NCBI GenBank assembly: GCA_015064025.1
Contig: SVSZ01000001.1
Span: 1,705 to 65,704, forward strand
Direction of reading: 5' to 3'
Source: Oscillospiraceae bacterium
GTDB lineage: Bacteria > Bacillota > Clostridia > Oscillospirales > CAG-272
Length of the DNA stretch: 64,000 nucleotides
In this document: piece by piece, positions 17,519 to 25,216 of the stretch
Position numbering within the stretch: the first letter of the stretch is position 1
Layout of the letters: each line of letters starts with the position of its first letter
Translations under genes and position numbers: made by a program
The notes under the pieces: generated by a model
What the model was told of the DNA's origin: nothing
The model's input: the letters and a program-made list of their open reading frames with translations, nothing else
The model's database searches: none

Positions 17519-17547
17519 TTGACAAACAGAGCCTTTTGCGGTATAAT
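17519..17547 (+). promoter_or_regulatory. rnpB promoter
   Basis: Perfect TTGACA (17519-17524), 17 nt, TATAAT (17542-17547). Confidence 0.85.
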
Positions 17548-17550
17548 AAG

Positions 17551-17905
17551 GCGTAGCTTCGTTAAACGGTCGCGCGGTATGTTGCCGTAAGGTATTACCG
17601 TGAGGAAAGTCCGGGCTTCACAGGACAGGATAACTGATAACATCAGCCACGGGTAACCGTCGGGAAAGTGCAACAGAAATAAACCGCCGCCTATGCGGTA
17701 AGGATGGAAAGGCGAGGTAAGAGCTCACCCGTTCCTATGGTAACATAGGTCCGCTGTAAACCCTATCCGAAGCAACACCCCGTGAATTGCTCGTCCGGCA
17801 TATATTCGGGGGTGGCACGAAACCTCGGTTTCGAAGCTTCGCGGTGACGCGGAGCGAAGATTGATGACCGTTCACGACAGAACCCGGCTTACAGACGAAG
17901 CTATC
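17551..17905 (+). ncRNA. rnpB: RNase P RNA, bacterial class A
   Basis: P4 strands GAGGAAAGTCCGGGC and ACAGAACCCGGCTTA. GGTAAGAGCTCACC element. P1 pairing TAGCTTCGT / ACGAAGCTA. Ends are accurate to a few nt. Confidence 0.93.
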
Positions 17906-17947
17906 AAAAAAGCTGCCGCAAGCGAAAACCGTTTGCGGCAGCTTTTT
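17906..17947. terminator. Bidirectional terminator after rnpB
   Basis: aaaaa-AGCTGCCGCAA...TTGCGGCAGCT-ttttt. Confidence 0.85.
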
Positions 17948-17985
17948 ATCTAAAAAATGGAATAATTAAAAGCTTTCTCTAACCA

Positions 17986-18933
17986 CTATTCAAGTACAGT
18001 CTCTAAGCGGTACACCTCTAAGTACAGTTCGTGTCCGTAGTACGGTTGTATGGTTTTTTCGGCGTACAGCATAATCCCTTGCTTGGTTGCATACAAGTAA
18101 AAATCTGTATTGTCTTCTGTCTGGTCCTTGTTGTAACCGGCAATTTTTCGCCGCAAAAAATCCACGTCAATGCTTTCCAGATCCATATTGCGATTCCAAT
18201 AATGAATCCCAACAACATCACCGTTTTCTTTAAGTGAAACAATGAGGCGTTCCCCGGTATACACTTCACCAACGTAAATATCGTAACGAAGACCATATTG
18301 AAGAACACGCTCGGAAGAATCCTCGGGAACATAAAAACCGTCGTAACGCGTCCCCCCCACCATATACGTATAGCAAGAAAGGGTATACTTCTCAGGATGC
18401 CAACCGTATATATACTTCTCCATATACGTCTCCACCCATTCCACATATGCCTTAGAATCTGTCGGTGAAACGGGATTTCTTGCAATAGGATCATCTTCGC
18501 AACTTAACCGAAATGAAGTGTCATCCGGAGAAAGCCAAAGCTCTCCCCACCCGTTCTCTTGCTCATAGAAATCCCATGAATAATCGTAAGACGGATACTC
18601 TTTCGTTCTTTTGTATTCAAACCGATAGCTCTTTGAGCCAAAAATGAAGTTTACAGATTTGTCCATTCCTTCTTTCGTCTTTATTACACTATCGGGTCCT
18701 TGAGGCATCAAACGCCAAACGTTGCCTCGGACAAATTTGCATGGTTCCACAGGAGAGGAGGGTGGTTGGGATGGATCGACCGTCACGGTAAGGTCTTCAT
18801 TCATACTCGGATCGTTACCTTGCGTTTCGAGCAATGTGTCCGAGCTTCGGATTTCATTTTCGCAGGAAAGTATCGAAGCAGACAAGGCAAGCAAAAGAAG
18901 CAGACACAACATTCGCAAAAGCTTATTTTTCAC
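17986..18933 (-). CDS. Lipoprotein of unknown function
   Basis: Likely GTG start 18933, 5 nt after GGAGGG, giving VKNKLLRMLCLLLLLALSASILSC (lipobox). No motif I recognise. The ORF extends to 18954. Confidence 0.7.
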   Translation of the reverse strand: MKNKLLRMLCLLLLLALSASILSCENEIRSSDTLLETQGNDPSMNEDLTVTVDPSQPPSSPVEPCKFVRGNVWRLMPQGPDSVIKTKEGMDKSVNFIFGSKSYRFEYKRTKEYPSYDYSWDFYEQENGWGELWLSPDDTSFRLSCEDDPIARNPVSPTDSKAYVEWVETYMEKYIYGWHPEKYTLSCYTYMVGGTRYDGFYVPEDSSERVLQYGLRYDIYVGEVYTGERLIVSLKENGDVVGIHYWNRNMDLESIDVDFLRRKIAGYNKDQTEDNTDFYLYATKQGIMLYAEKTIQPYYGHELYLEVYRLETVLE

Positions 18934-18950
18934 ACTGCACCCTCCGTTTC

Positions 18951-21900
18951 TCAATTAAACGTTGCATTGACATTTCCGGCAATATAAGGATCTATGGTTG
19001 TATTATTCTCACCATAAACCTCATTCATTTTAAGATCAACCGCTTCACACGCTTCCTTTACTGTCTTTCCTGCTTCTAATTCCGCGAAGAAATATTCACA
19101 CCAATCATTCATTTGATTTGAAAGCACACTCAACTCAAACCCTATAACTACTTTCGCCCCCTTAGCATGCGTTGCGTTTACGAGATTATTGGAATCCTCC
19201 CTGCCCTCACCGGTCGAACACGCACCGTAAATAATCAAATCTATATTGGACAGGGCATCGTTCGGCAAACTTTGAAGCATAGATATATTTATTGGTTCAT
19301 TGGATGTTTCAATCCCGGTTTGAAAACCGTGTGTTCTGACAACAACAATTTCCGATTTTGTCATGTGATTGAGCAAGAAATTTTCATTCATACAAGTTTG
19401 TTTTGCATAAATATCCGTATATCCCATAGCTTCAAGATTTCCTATAACGGATGAATAAAACTTTGTACGATTATAAGCTTCGGGAATTGATATGATAGAA
19501 ACCTCATGATCAATTTCAATCAACCATTCATCAAGCGTATTACTATCCTGTGGATCCGCTAATTGCACCAAATCCACTCCACTTGAGGTGCTATTATACG
19601 GTAACGAAAGCGCCATTCCGCTTGCTTCCGAGCATTTTGGAACAAAGCGATAATTTCCACCATCTGTAATTTGCAGCTTCCACCTTCCGGCGTCACTAAC
19701 AGTGGACATTTGTACAATGGAAGCTCCGCTTGCAGTAGATCCGTTGGCAACGGAAACATATTTTGATGAATACAAAGATTTAATTGTATAATATCCGAGA
19801 CCAACATGATTAAAAACCCACTTTGCTTGAGGGCTCGTATGATATGCCCACTGTTGAATCCGCGCCGAATCCGCAGTTGACGGTCCCTCCACATCCATGT
19901 ATCTTTGAGAAGAAATATTTTGTACATGATACGTTCCGCTCGGTATGACTTGACCTACCATAATAGAAAATTTGTATTGATAATCGTTGTCGCCACTATC
20001 AGTAACAATAATATTGGTATACCCGTGCCCAACGCCTGTGATGCGACCGCTTGCATCAACTGTTGCAACATCGGTATTCTCGCTTTTCCAATGATGGGAG
20101 CTATTTGTTTTCCATGTCGCGTTGCTAGGTTGTACGGAAAGAGTAGGTGTATGAGAAGCACCTACAGCCATCCACGTCAACGTATCCGAGGCGGCTCTTG
20201 AAGTAGATTGCACCTCGATGATATTGTTTGCAAGTTTAGTCAGATACCATACGGTTTGGTTATAGCTTGATGAACTTGAGCTTTGTGCAGACATCATTCC
20301 CAATTCAAGTGCACTATCATTTTGAAGGTATGTAAGCACTTTGCTGTTGGCTTTGTTTTTTAAAATTGCGCCTCCGCCGGTTGCATAAGAAATCTGCCAA
20401 TGAAAGCCCGTATTCGCCTTATCATATCTTTTCAACTTCGAATCCTTATAAACGGCATATGTTGTCTTCCAATATGGGCGTATTACATAGCCAAGGGTAT
20501 CACGATATTCTATAATCCAACAACCACTTTCGTTCACTGACGATTGAAAGGTTGTTTCTGGTTCCGTTAACGAATCTCTTTTTTGAAGTTTCGAAATGTA
20601 AGTCCCCAAAACCTTGTTGCGTATTGTGTAATGTCCTCCAATATCACTTGTGACAATTTCAAGATATACGTTGCTATTCCCGGTGGCTTCCGTTGAATAA
20701 ATCGCACCTTCGTCTATCAAGTCCTCCGTTTGGCTCAATGCAAAACCATTTCTGGGGTTATTTTCTGCATTTGAAGTCGCGCCTGTATTGTACTTGGCCC
20801 ACCCGCGAACAATGTCGGTAACATCCATACTAAATGTATCACCGTATGTTACAACAACATTCGATGACACTCCGTCTGTGGTTGAGGCACCAGAAAACAA
20901 AGTGGAATTATTCACTGCAATTTGGGATTCATAATTTTGAGAAGATTGTACCATGGGATGTATATTCATTTGGGAGCGAATCTGTGCAACAGGAGTAAAA
21001 GAGACAGTCGCTCTTCCAATTTGATAGGGATTTAGGCTTTTAAACTGTCCTTGTGTCCCATAGAAATCGTAAAACTTATAAATAACCTTTCCTTGCCCCT
21101 CGGATAGGTTATGTTGTGACGAGTTAGATAATGCATAATTGTACAAAGAGCTGTTATTATAAAGTCCAATATCAATAATTGCATCGTATTCCGTATAAAC
21201 AGGTTCGCTTCCTTCATAAGTAACGTAAGAATTTTTCTCATTCACTATCACTGTCGGATCCACAAAAACAGGATATACAGTGTCCGCTGCTTTTAAAAAT
21301 GCCGCAGGAACGGTAATTAACATGGTATAACCGCCAGTGGCATTTTCCGTTATATCCAAATCACCGTATGCTGTTTTTCCGTTACTATCTTCGATGAGTA
21401 TTTTTTCAAAGTCGAACAGAAAATTTCCCTCCTCATCCAAAAGCCGCCATTCACCTTGTTCGGTTTTTATTGGAGCCAATCCAGAGGTTGTCAAAAGAAA
21501 TCTGAAGGAATATTTTCCGATATTTGACATTAAAACAATATCTTCTTTTATTCCTGAAAGTTGCGTTTGATATCTCAAAGCCGTGTTTGCACCAAATACT
21601 CCATTATAAACTATACTCTTTCCATCCGCACCAAGCTTCACAGGAGAAACAATGAGCGAGTTTTCCGGTTTCATGGACATAGAGTGATTTTCAAACGATA
21701 TCATAATACCGTTGGAAGCATTATTTCCAAAATATGCACTAAAACTATTTTCGGTCATTGCGTACGAATATCCTGCAAGTCCTGTTTCGGAAATACTCGT
21801 GTTCTTATCTCTGATTTCTCCATCAGATGTTATGTATTTTACAGGCTTATCGTATACGTATGAGGTTTTTGAACCATTTTGATTTTGATAAATTACAGTT

Positions 21901-21986
21901 TGTAAACTCTTCTCTTGCGCAAATAAACGATTAACGTGTCCCTTTTCAATTGTCTGTTCCAAGCTTACAGTTTCAGGTCTTGACAC
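18951..21986 (-). CDS. DNRLRE / ricin lectin / Big_2 / ricin lectin / CHAT-like (caspase-fold) protein; body of an interrupted gene
   Basis: YPVFVDPT; MDVTDIVRGWAKYNTG (DNRLRE-type); VATVDASGRITGVGHGYTNIIVT (Big_2); IQQWAY, GRWKL, DEWLI (ricin QxW-type). The C-terminus has IVVVRTHG ... LIIYGACSTGEG ... AKGAKVVIGF. Confidence 0.7.
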   Translation of the reverse strand: MSRPETVSLEQTIEKGHVNRLFAQEKSLQTVIYQNQNGSKTSYVYDKPVKYITSDGEIRDKNTSISETGLAGYSYAMTENSFSAYFGNNASNGIMISFENHSMSMKPENSLIVSPVKLGADGKSIVYNGVFGANTALRYQTQLSGIKEDIVLMSNIGKYSFRFLLTTSGLAPIKTEQGEWRLLDEEGNFLFDFEKILIEDSNGKTAYGDLDITENATGGYTMLITVPAAFLKAADTVYPVFVDPTVIVNEKNSYVTYEGSEPVYTEYDAIIDIGLYNNSSLYNYALSNSSQHNLSEGQGKVIYKFYDFYGTQGQFKSLNPYQIGRATVSFTPVAQIRSQMNIHPMVQSSQNYESQIAVNNSTLFSGASTTDGVSSNVVVTYGDTFSMDVTDIVRGWAKYNTGATSNAENNPRNGFALSQTEDLIDEGAIYSTEATGNSNVYLEIVTSDIGGHYTIRNKVLGTYISKLQKRDSLTEPETTFQSSVNESGCWIIEYRDTLGYVIRPYWKTTYAVYKDSKLKRYDKANTGFHWQISYATGGGAILKNKANSKVLTYLQNDSALELGMMSAQSSSSSSYNQTVWYLTKLANNIIEVQSTSRAASDTLTWMAVGASHTPTLSVQPSNATWKTNSSHHWKSENTDVATVDASGRITGVGHGYTNIIVTDSGDNDYQYKFSIMVGQVIPSGTYHVQNISSQRYMDVEGPSTADSARIQQWAYHTSPQAKWVFNHVGLGYYTIKSLYSSKYVSVANGSTASGASIVQMSTVSDAGRWKLQITDGGNYRFVPKCSEASGMALSLPYNSTSSGVDLVQLADPQDSNTLDEWLIEIDHEVSIISIPEAYNRTKFYSSVIGNLEAMGYTDIYAKQTCMNENFLLNHMTKSEIVVVRTHGFQTGIETSNEPINISMLQSLPNDALSNIDLIIYGACSTGEGREDSNNLVNATHAKGAKVVIGFELSVLSNQMNDWCEYFFAELEAGKTVKEACEAVDLKMNEVYGENNTTIDPYIAGNVNATFN

Positions 21987-21989
21987 ATC

Positions 21990-22238
21990 TTACGGTTCAA
22001 GAGACTGCAATTGTGAAAGAGGGAGTTCTCCTTCTCCAAGAGTAAAAAGTAGATTTTCATCAACCAAAGAAACTGAATTTGTAGCAGTATTTGCATCTAT
22101 CACTACTGTTGTCGAATCATTTAAAGTCTGGTCGGCAGCTACAACTGAAAGCGATGCAGAAAGGATCAATAACGTAACGCAAAGAAATGCAGATACAATT
22201 CTAAGCCACTTCATTTTCAATGTATACGATTTTTTCAT
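21990..22238 (-). CDS. Signal-peptide fragment in frame with the downstream 1,011-codon ORF
   Basis: AAGGAG RBS. MKKSYTLKMKWLRIVSAFLCVTLLILSASLSVVAADQ... It ends at TAA 21992-21990, and the same frame continues. Confidence 0.7.
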   Translation of the reverse strand: MKKSYTLKMKWLRIVSAFLCVTLLILSASLSVVAADQTLNDSTTVVIDANTATNSVSLVDENLLFTLGEGELPLSQLQSLEP

Positions 22239-22288
22239 AGCAATATGTCTCCTTTTCAAAAATGTTTTTTCGGTTCCAAAAAACACTT

Positions 22289-22348
22289 TTGGCGCATAGG
22301 CAACCGGAACCGCACATACGCAAATTAATTTAAGCCTATGCGCGCCAA
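22289..22348 (-). promoter_or_regulatory. Terminator-like / attenuator hairpin in the 5' leader of the cassette
   Basis: Arms 22348-22334 and 22301-22289 give 14-15 bp with a 2-nt bulge and a 32-nt loop. TGTTTTTTGG follows on the minus strand. Confidence 0.6.
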
Positions 22349-22407
22349 AGCAGCAAGAGCATACGGGGGCATATGCAGAACAACGTTATTACACAACATT
22401 TTTTCAT
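22336..22407 (-). CDS. 23-codon Cys-rich mini-ORF (candidate leader peptide)
   Basis: AGGAGG, 8 nt, then ATG. The peptide is MKKCCVITLFCICPRMLLLLWRA. The TAG stop lies inside the 5' arm of the hairpin. Too short for the ORF track. Confidence 0.5.
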   Translation of the reverse strand: MKKCCVITLFCICPRMLLLLWRA

Positions 22408-22483
22408 AACAAATACCTCCTCTTATCGTATTTTTGAAAATCACGAGCAGATTTTATTCACTATGCGCATGATTTTCACCATT

Positions 22484-22537
22484 ATTATATCAAAAATTGG
22501 TCACTTTGTCAAGGCTGTGTTTTGGTCAACTTGTCAA
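22484..22537 (-). promoter_or_regulatory. Consensus promoter with two 16-nt direct repeats
   Basis: On the minus strand: TTGACA (22512-22507), 17 nt, TATAAT (22489-22484). The repeats are TTGACAAGTTGACCAA (22537-22522) and TTGACAAAGTGACCAA (22512-22497). Confidence 0.75.
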
Positions 22538-22551
22538 CTTATCAGTAGTCA

Positions 22552-22591
22552 AGAAAAAAGAGGACAGAGAACATCACATCATTCTCTGTCC
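22552..22591 (-). terminator. Intrinsic terminator downstream of the LRR gene (inside the insertion)
   Basis: GGACAGAGAA / TTCTCTGTCC stem, then TCTTTTTTCTT on the minus strand. Confidence 0.8.
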
Positions 22592-22662
22592 CATTTAGCC
22601 GGTAGAAATTACGTTTTAAAGGCTGTCCTCTGCAAAAATCTTTGATGCAGCTTTTTGTTATT

Positions 22663-24075
22663 TTATTTTACTTCAAGAGCACTTTCAACACTTTCATTTC
22701 CCTTTTCAAAGGTAACGGAGCCCGCGGCGCTGACCGTTTCGACGGAGGTGCAACCGCGGAACGCCTCAGCCTCCACCGTCCGCACACCGCCGAGATCGAT
22801 CTCGGAAAGGGCGGAGCACCCCGAAAACGCGGATGCGGGAAGCACGGAAAGGCTTTGGGGCAGAACGACCCTTTCAAGTGAATCACAATTCATAAAGGCA
22901 TTGATTCCCATGGAAGAAAGACCTTTTCCGAAATCCACGGACACAAGCCCGTCACAGGCGAGAAAGGCGTTCTCACGTAAGGTCTTCAGCGAATTGGGAA
23001 GGACGACGGTGTAGAGCGCGTCACAGCCATAAAAGGCGCGGATACCGATCTCTGTAAGTCCCTCGGGAAGCACGACCTCACGCAGGCTCTTGCACTCGTA
23101 AAACGCATTGGTACCAAGTGTGCGGCATACGGGAAGCAACGTCACGCGCGAGAGAGAGAAAGGATAGTAACCTTCGGAAAAATCTGCGTATCTTGCACCG
23201 AATACGTACCCAAGATAGGTATTTTCCGTTTTCGTTCCGCCGACAAAGGGCAGGGTCATCTCCCGCAGGGCAATGCTCCCCTCAAGAGCGGCGAATTCGA
23301 TCTTTTCAAGCGCGTCACCAAAGGAAATTTTGGTGAGAGAGGTACAGTAGGACAAGGCATGCTCACCGACGAAGGTAAGCCCCTCCAGCCCTTCGATCAC
23401 CTCGAGAGACGCGCATTTTGTGATGGAAAACTTCTCAAGCCTTTCAAGGGACGAAGGCAGTGAAAGCGTGACCAGATCGTTACAGTCGTAAAGCGCGTAT
23501 GCGGGTAGGACGGTCATGTCTCCCGTCAAACGAAGATGCGCAAGACTTGCGGGAATGTCCAGCGGATTGTCTTCAAATCTCTCGGCGCCGAACAGCGTTC
23601 CGAGGAAGCAGTCCCCCTCCCCGTTCTTCCCCATCACGGGCGTTTCCAAGGCAAGAAGGCTCTTGCATCCCGCAAGGATCTCCTTCCCAACGCTTGTAAC
23701 GCTTTCGGGAATCACCAGCGCCTGAAGCGCCGTAAGATCACGAAAGGCACCGTCTCCGATCGCGACCACGGGCAAGCCCTCAATGCTTTTCGGAATCGAG
23801 ATCACCGTTGCGTCACCCGTATATCCCGTTACGGTGACCCCCTTTGCGTTCTTCGTGTAGGTCAGCGCCTCCGTCTCTGTGCTCTGTGTATCCAGAAGCG
23901 CCGATATCTCCTCGGTATAATCGGGCAAGCTCACAGGCTCCTCCGGGGTCGTATCGATCGGTGCGTCGCTCGTCGGCGTTTCGGGCTCGGCAGTCGGCAC
24001 CGCCGTACAGGAAACAAGCATGAGGAGGCACAGGAGCGTGCTGACGATATATATAAGAATACTCTTTCGATGCAT
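22663..24075 (-). CDS. BspA-type leucine-rich-repeat lipoprotein
   Basis: Start ATG 24075 gives MHRKSILIYIVSTLLCLLMLVSC (lipobox). Repeated I/VPxSVxxIGxxAFxxCxxL units follow. The ORF extends to 24390. Confidence 0.85.
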   Translation of the reverse strand: MHRKSILIYIVSTLLCLLMLVSCTAVPTAEPETPTSDAPIDTTPEEPVSLPDYTEEISALLDTQSTETEALTYTKNAKGVTVTGYTGDATVISIPKSIEGLPVVAIGDGAFRDLTALQALVIPESVTSVGKEILAGCKSLLALETPVMGKNGEGDCFLGTLFGAERFEDNPLDIPASLAHLRLTGDMTVLPAYALYDCNDLVTLSLPSSLERLEKFSITKCASLEVIEGLEGLTFVGEHALSYCTSLTKISFGDALEKIEFAALEGSIALREMTLPFVGGTKTENTYLGYVFGARYADFSEGYYPFSLSRVTLLPVCRTLGTNAFYECKSLREVVLPEGLTEIGIRAFYGCDALYTVVLPNSLKTLRENAFLACDGLVSVDFGKGLSSMGINAFMNCDSLERVVLPQSLSVLPASAFSGCSALSEIDLGGVRTVEAEAFRGCTSVETVSAAGSVTFEKGNESVESALEVK

Positions 24076-24250
24076 AACGTATTCCCTTTCTTCATATAGT
24101 TTACGGTTTATTGTACCATAAAAAGGCGCGCTGTGCAAGAGGAGTTTGCGATAATTTGCAATTATTTCAAATCCTTCACGCTTTCTTCTTGTAAAGTACG
24201 CAAAAACGTGGTACAATATTGTAAATACAGCAAACAGGGAGGAGGATCTT

Positions 24251-25216
24251 ATGCAAATCATTGCAGAGGGCGCGCTTGTCGGAATGTGCGTTCGTGACGT
24301 ATTGAAAAAACACCTCTCCCTTTCCACAAAAATGATGAAATACCTCAAATATGAAAACAACGGGATCGAGGTCAACGGAAAGCACTGCACGGTACGTTAT
24401 GTTCTTTGCAAGGGCGACGTGCTCACGGTCAGTACACAGGATCGGGAATCCTCCCCTGCGGTGGAGGCTGTTGATCTTCCCCTGGATATCCTCTATGAGG
24501 ATGACGAGCTTGTCGTTCCCGCCAAGGGAGCAAATATGCCGACGCATCCCTCGCATGACCATCACAGCGACACCGTAGCAAACGCGCTTGCTTACCGTTA
24601 TCTCAAAAGCGGAACGCCCTTCGTTTTCCGTCCCATCAACCGCCTTGACCGTAACACAAGCGGACTTTTGCTTATCGCGCGGAATAAGCGTACGGCGGCA
24701 CTGCTCACGCGTCAGCTGCAATCGGGCAACATTCGAAAGACCTATCTTGCTGTGCTTGACGGTGAAATGGAAACGGAGGGAGGCATCATTGATGCATGTC
24801 TTCACCGCACGCCCGAGAGCATCATCGTCCGCGAGGTCTGCCCACCCGACGCGCCCGACGCAGCCCCCGCAAGAACCGAATACACGGTGCTTTCCACGGG
24901 AAACGGGCATACGCTGGTGCTCGCTCATCCCATCACGGGGCGCACCCATCAGCTCCGCGTACATTTTTCGCACCTGGGCTATCCCATCACGGGAGACAAC
25001 CTTTACGGGACCCCCTCCCACCACATCGGGCGGCATGCGCTCCACGCATATGCCCTTTCCTTTTCACATCCGATCAGCGCATCTCCCATGCAGCTTTGCG
25101 CGCCGTTACCGCAGGATATGCAGGATTTGATCGCTCTTTTCTTCCCGAACTCACTCATGGAGGTATTGAATGAACACAGCCGAGAAAAGGAAGCACCGTC
25201 TTCCTCTCTTTTGTAA
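24251..25216 (+). CDS. RluA-family pseudouridine synthase with S4-like N-terminus
   Basis: HPSHDH..., NRLDRNTSGLLLIARN, GRTHQLRVH. Confidence 0.9.
   Translation: MQIIAEGALVGMCVRDVLKKHLSLSTKMMKYLKYENNGIEVNGKHCTVRYVLCKGDVLTVSTQDRESSPAVEAVDLPLDILYEDDELVVPAKGANMPTHPSHDHHSDTVANALAYRYLKSGTPFVFRPINRLDRNTSGLLLIARNKRTAALLTRQLQSGNIRKTYLAVLDGEMETEGGIIDACLHRTPESIIVREVCPPDAPDAAPARTEYTVLSTGNGHTLVLAHPITGRTHQLRVHFSHLGYPITGDNLYGTPSHHIGRHALHAYALSFSHPISASPMQLCAPLPQDMQDLIALFFPNSLMEVLNEHSREKEAPSSSLL

Larger units (their letters stand above)
17948..22646. mobile_element. Low-GC insertion (putative horizontally acquired cassette; no recombinase gene)
   Basis: Flanked by the direct repeat GCAGCTTTTT at 17938-17947 and 22647-22656. 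Hand counts of 60-nt lines give 22/60 G+C at 19081 and 20401, against 32/60 at 24241 and 37/60 at 45001. Confidence 0.55.

Noticed and set aside
21990-21992. In-frame TAA as programmed read-through or an alternative genetic code.
   Set aside because: TAA is used as an ordinary stop throughout the window (for example sigG and the 785-aa gene). No recoding signal is visible. A nonsense mutation or base-call error is the simpler explanation.
22373-22645. 90-aa plus-strand ORF in the right end of the low-GC insertion.
   Set aside because: It has no RBS. It overlaps the minus-strand promoter, mini-ORF leader and terminator, and its composition is AT-rich and low-complexity.
24176-25045. 289-aa minus-strand ORF.
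   Set aside because: It is antisense to the well-supported RluA-family pseudouridine synthase gene and has no RBS.
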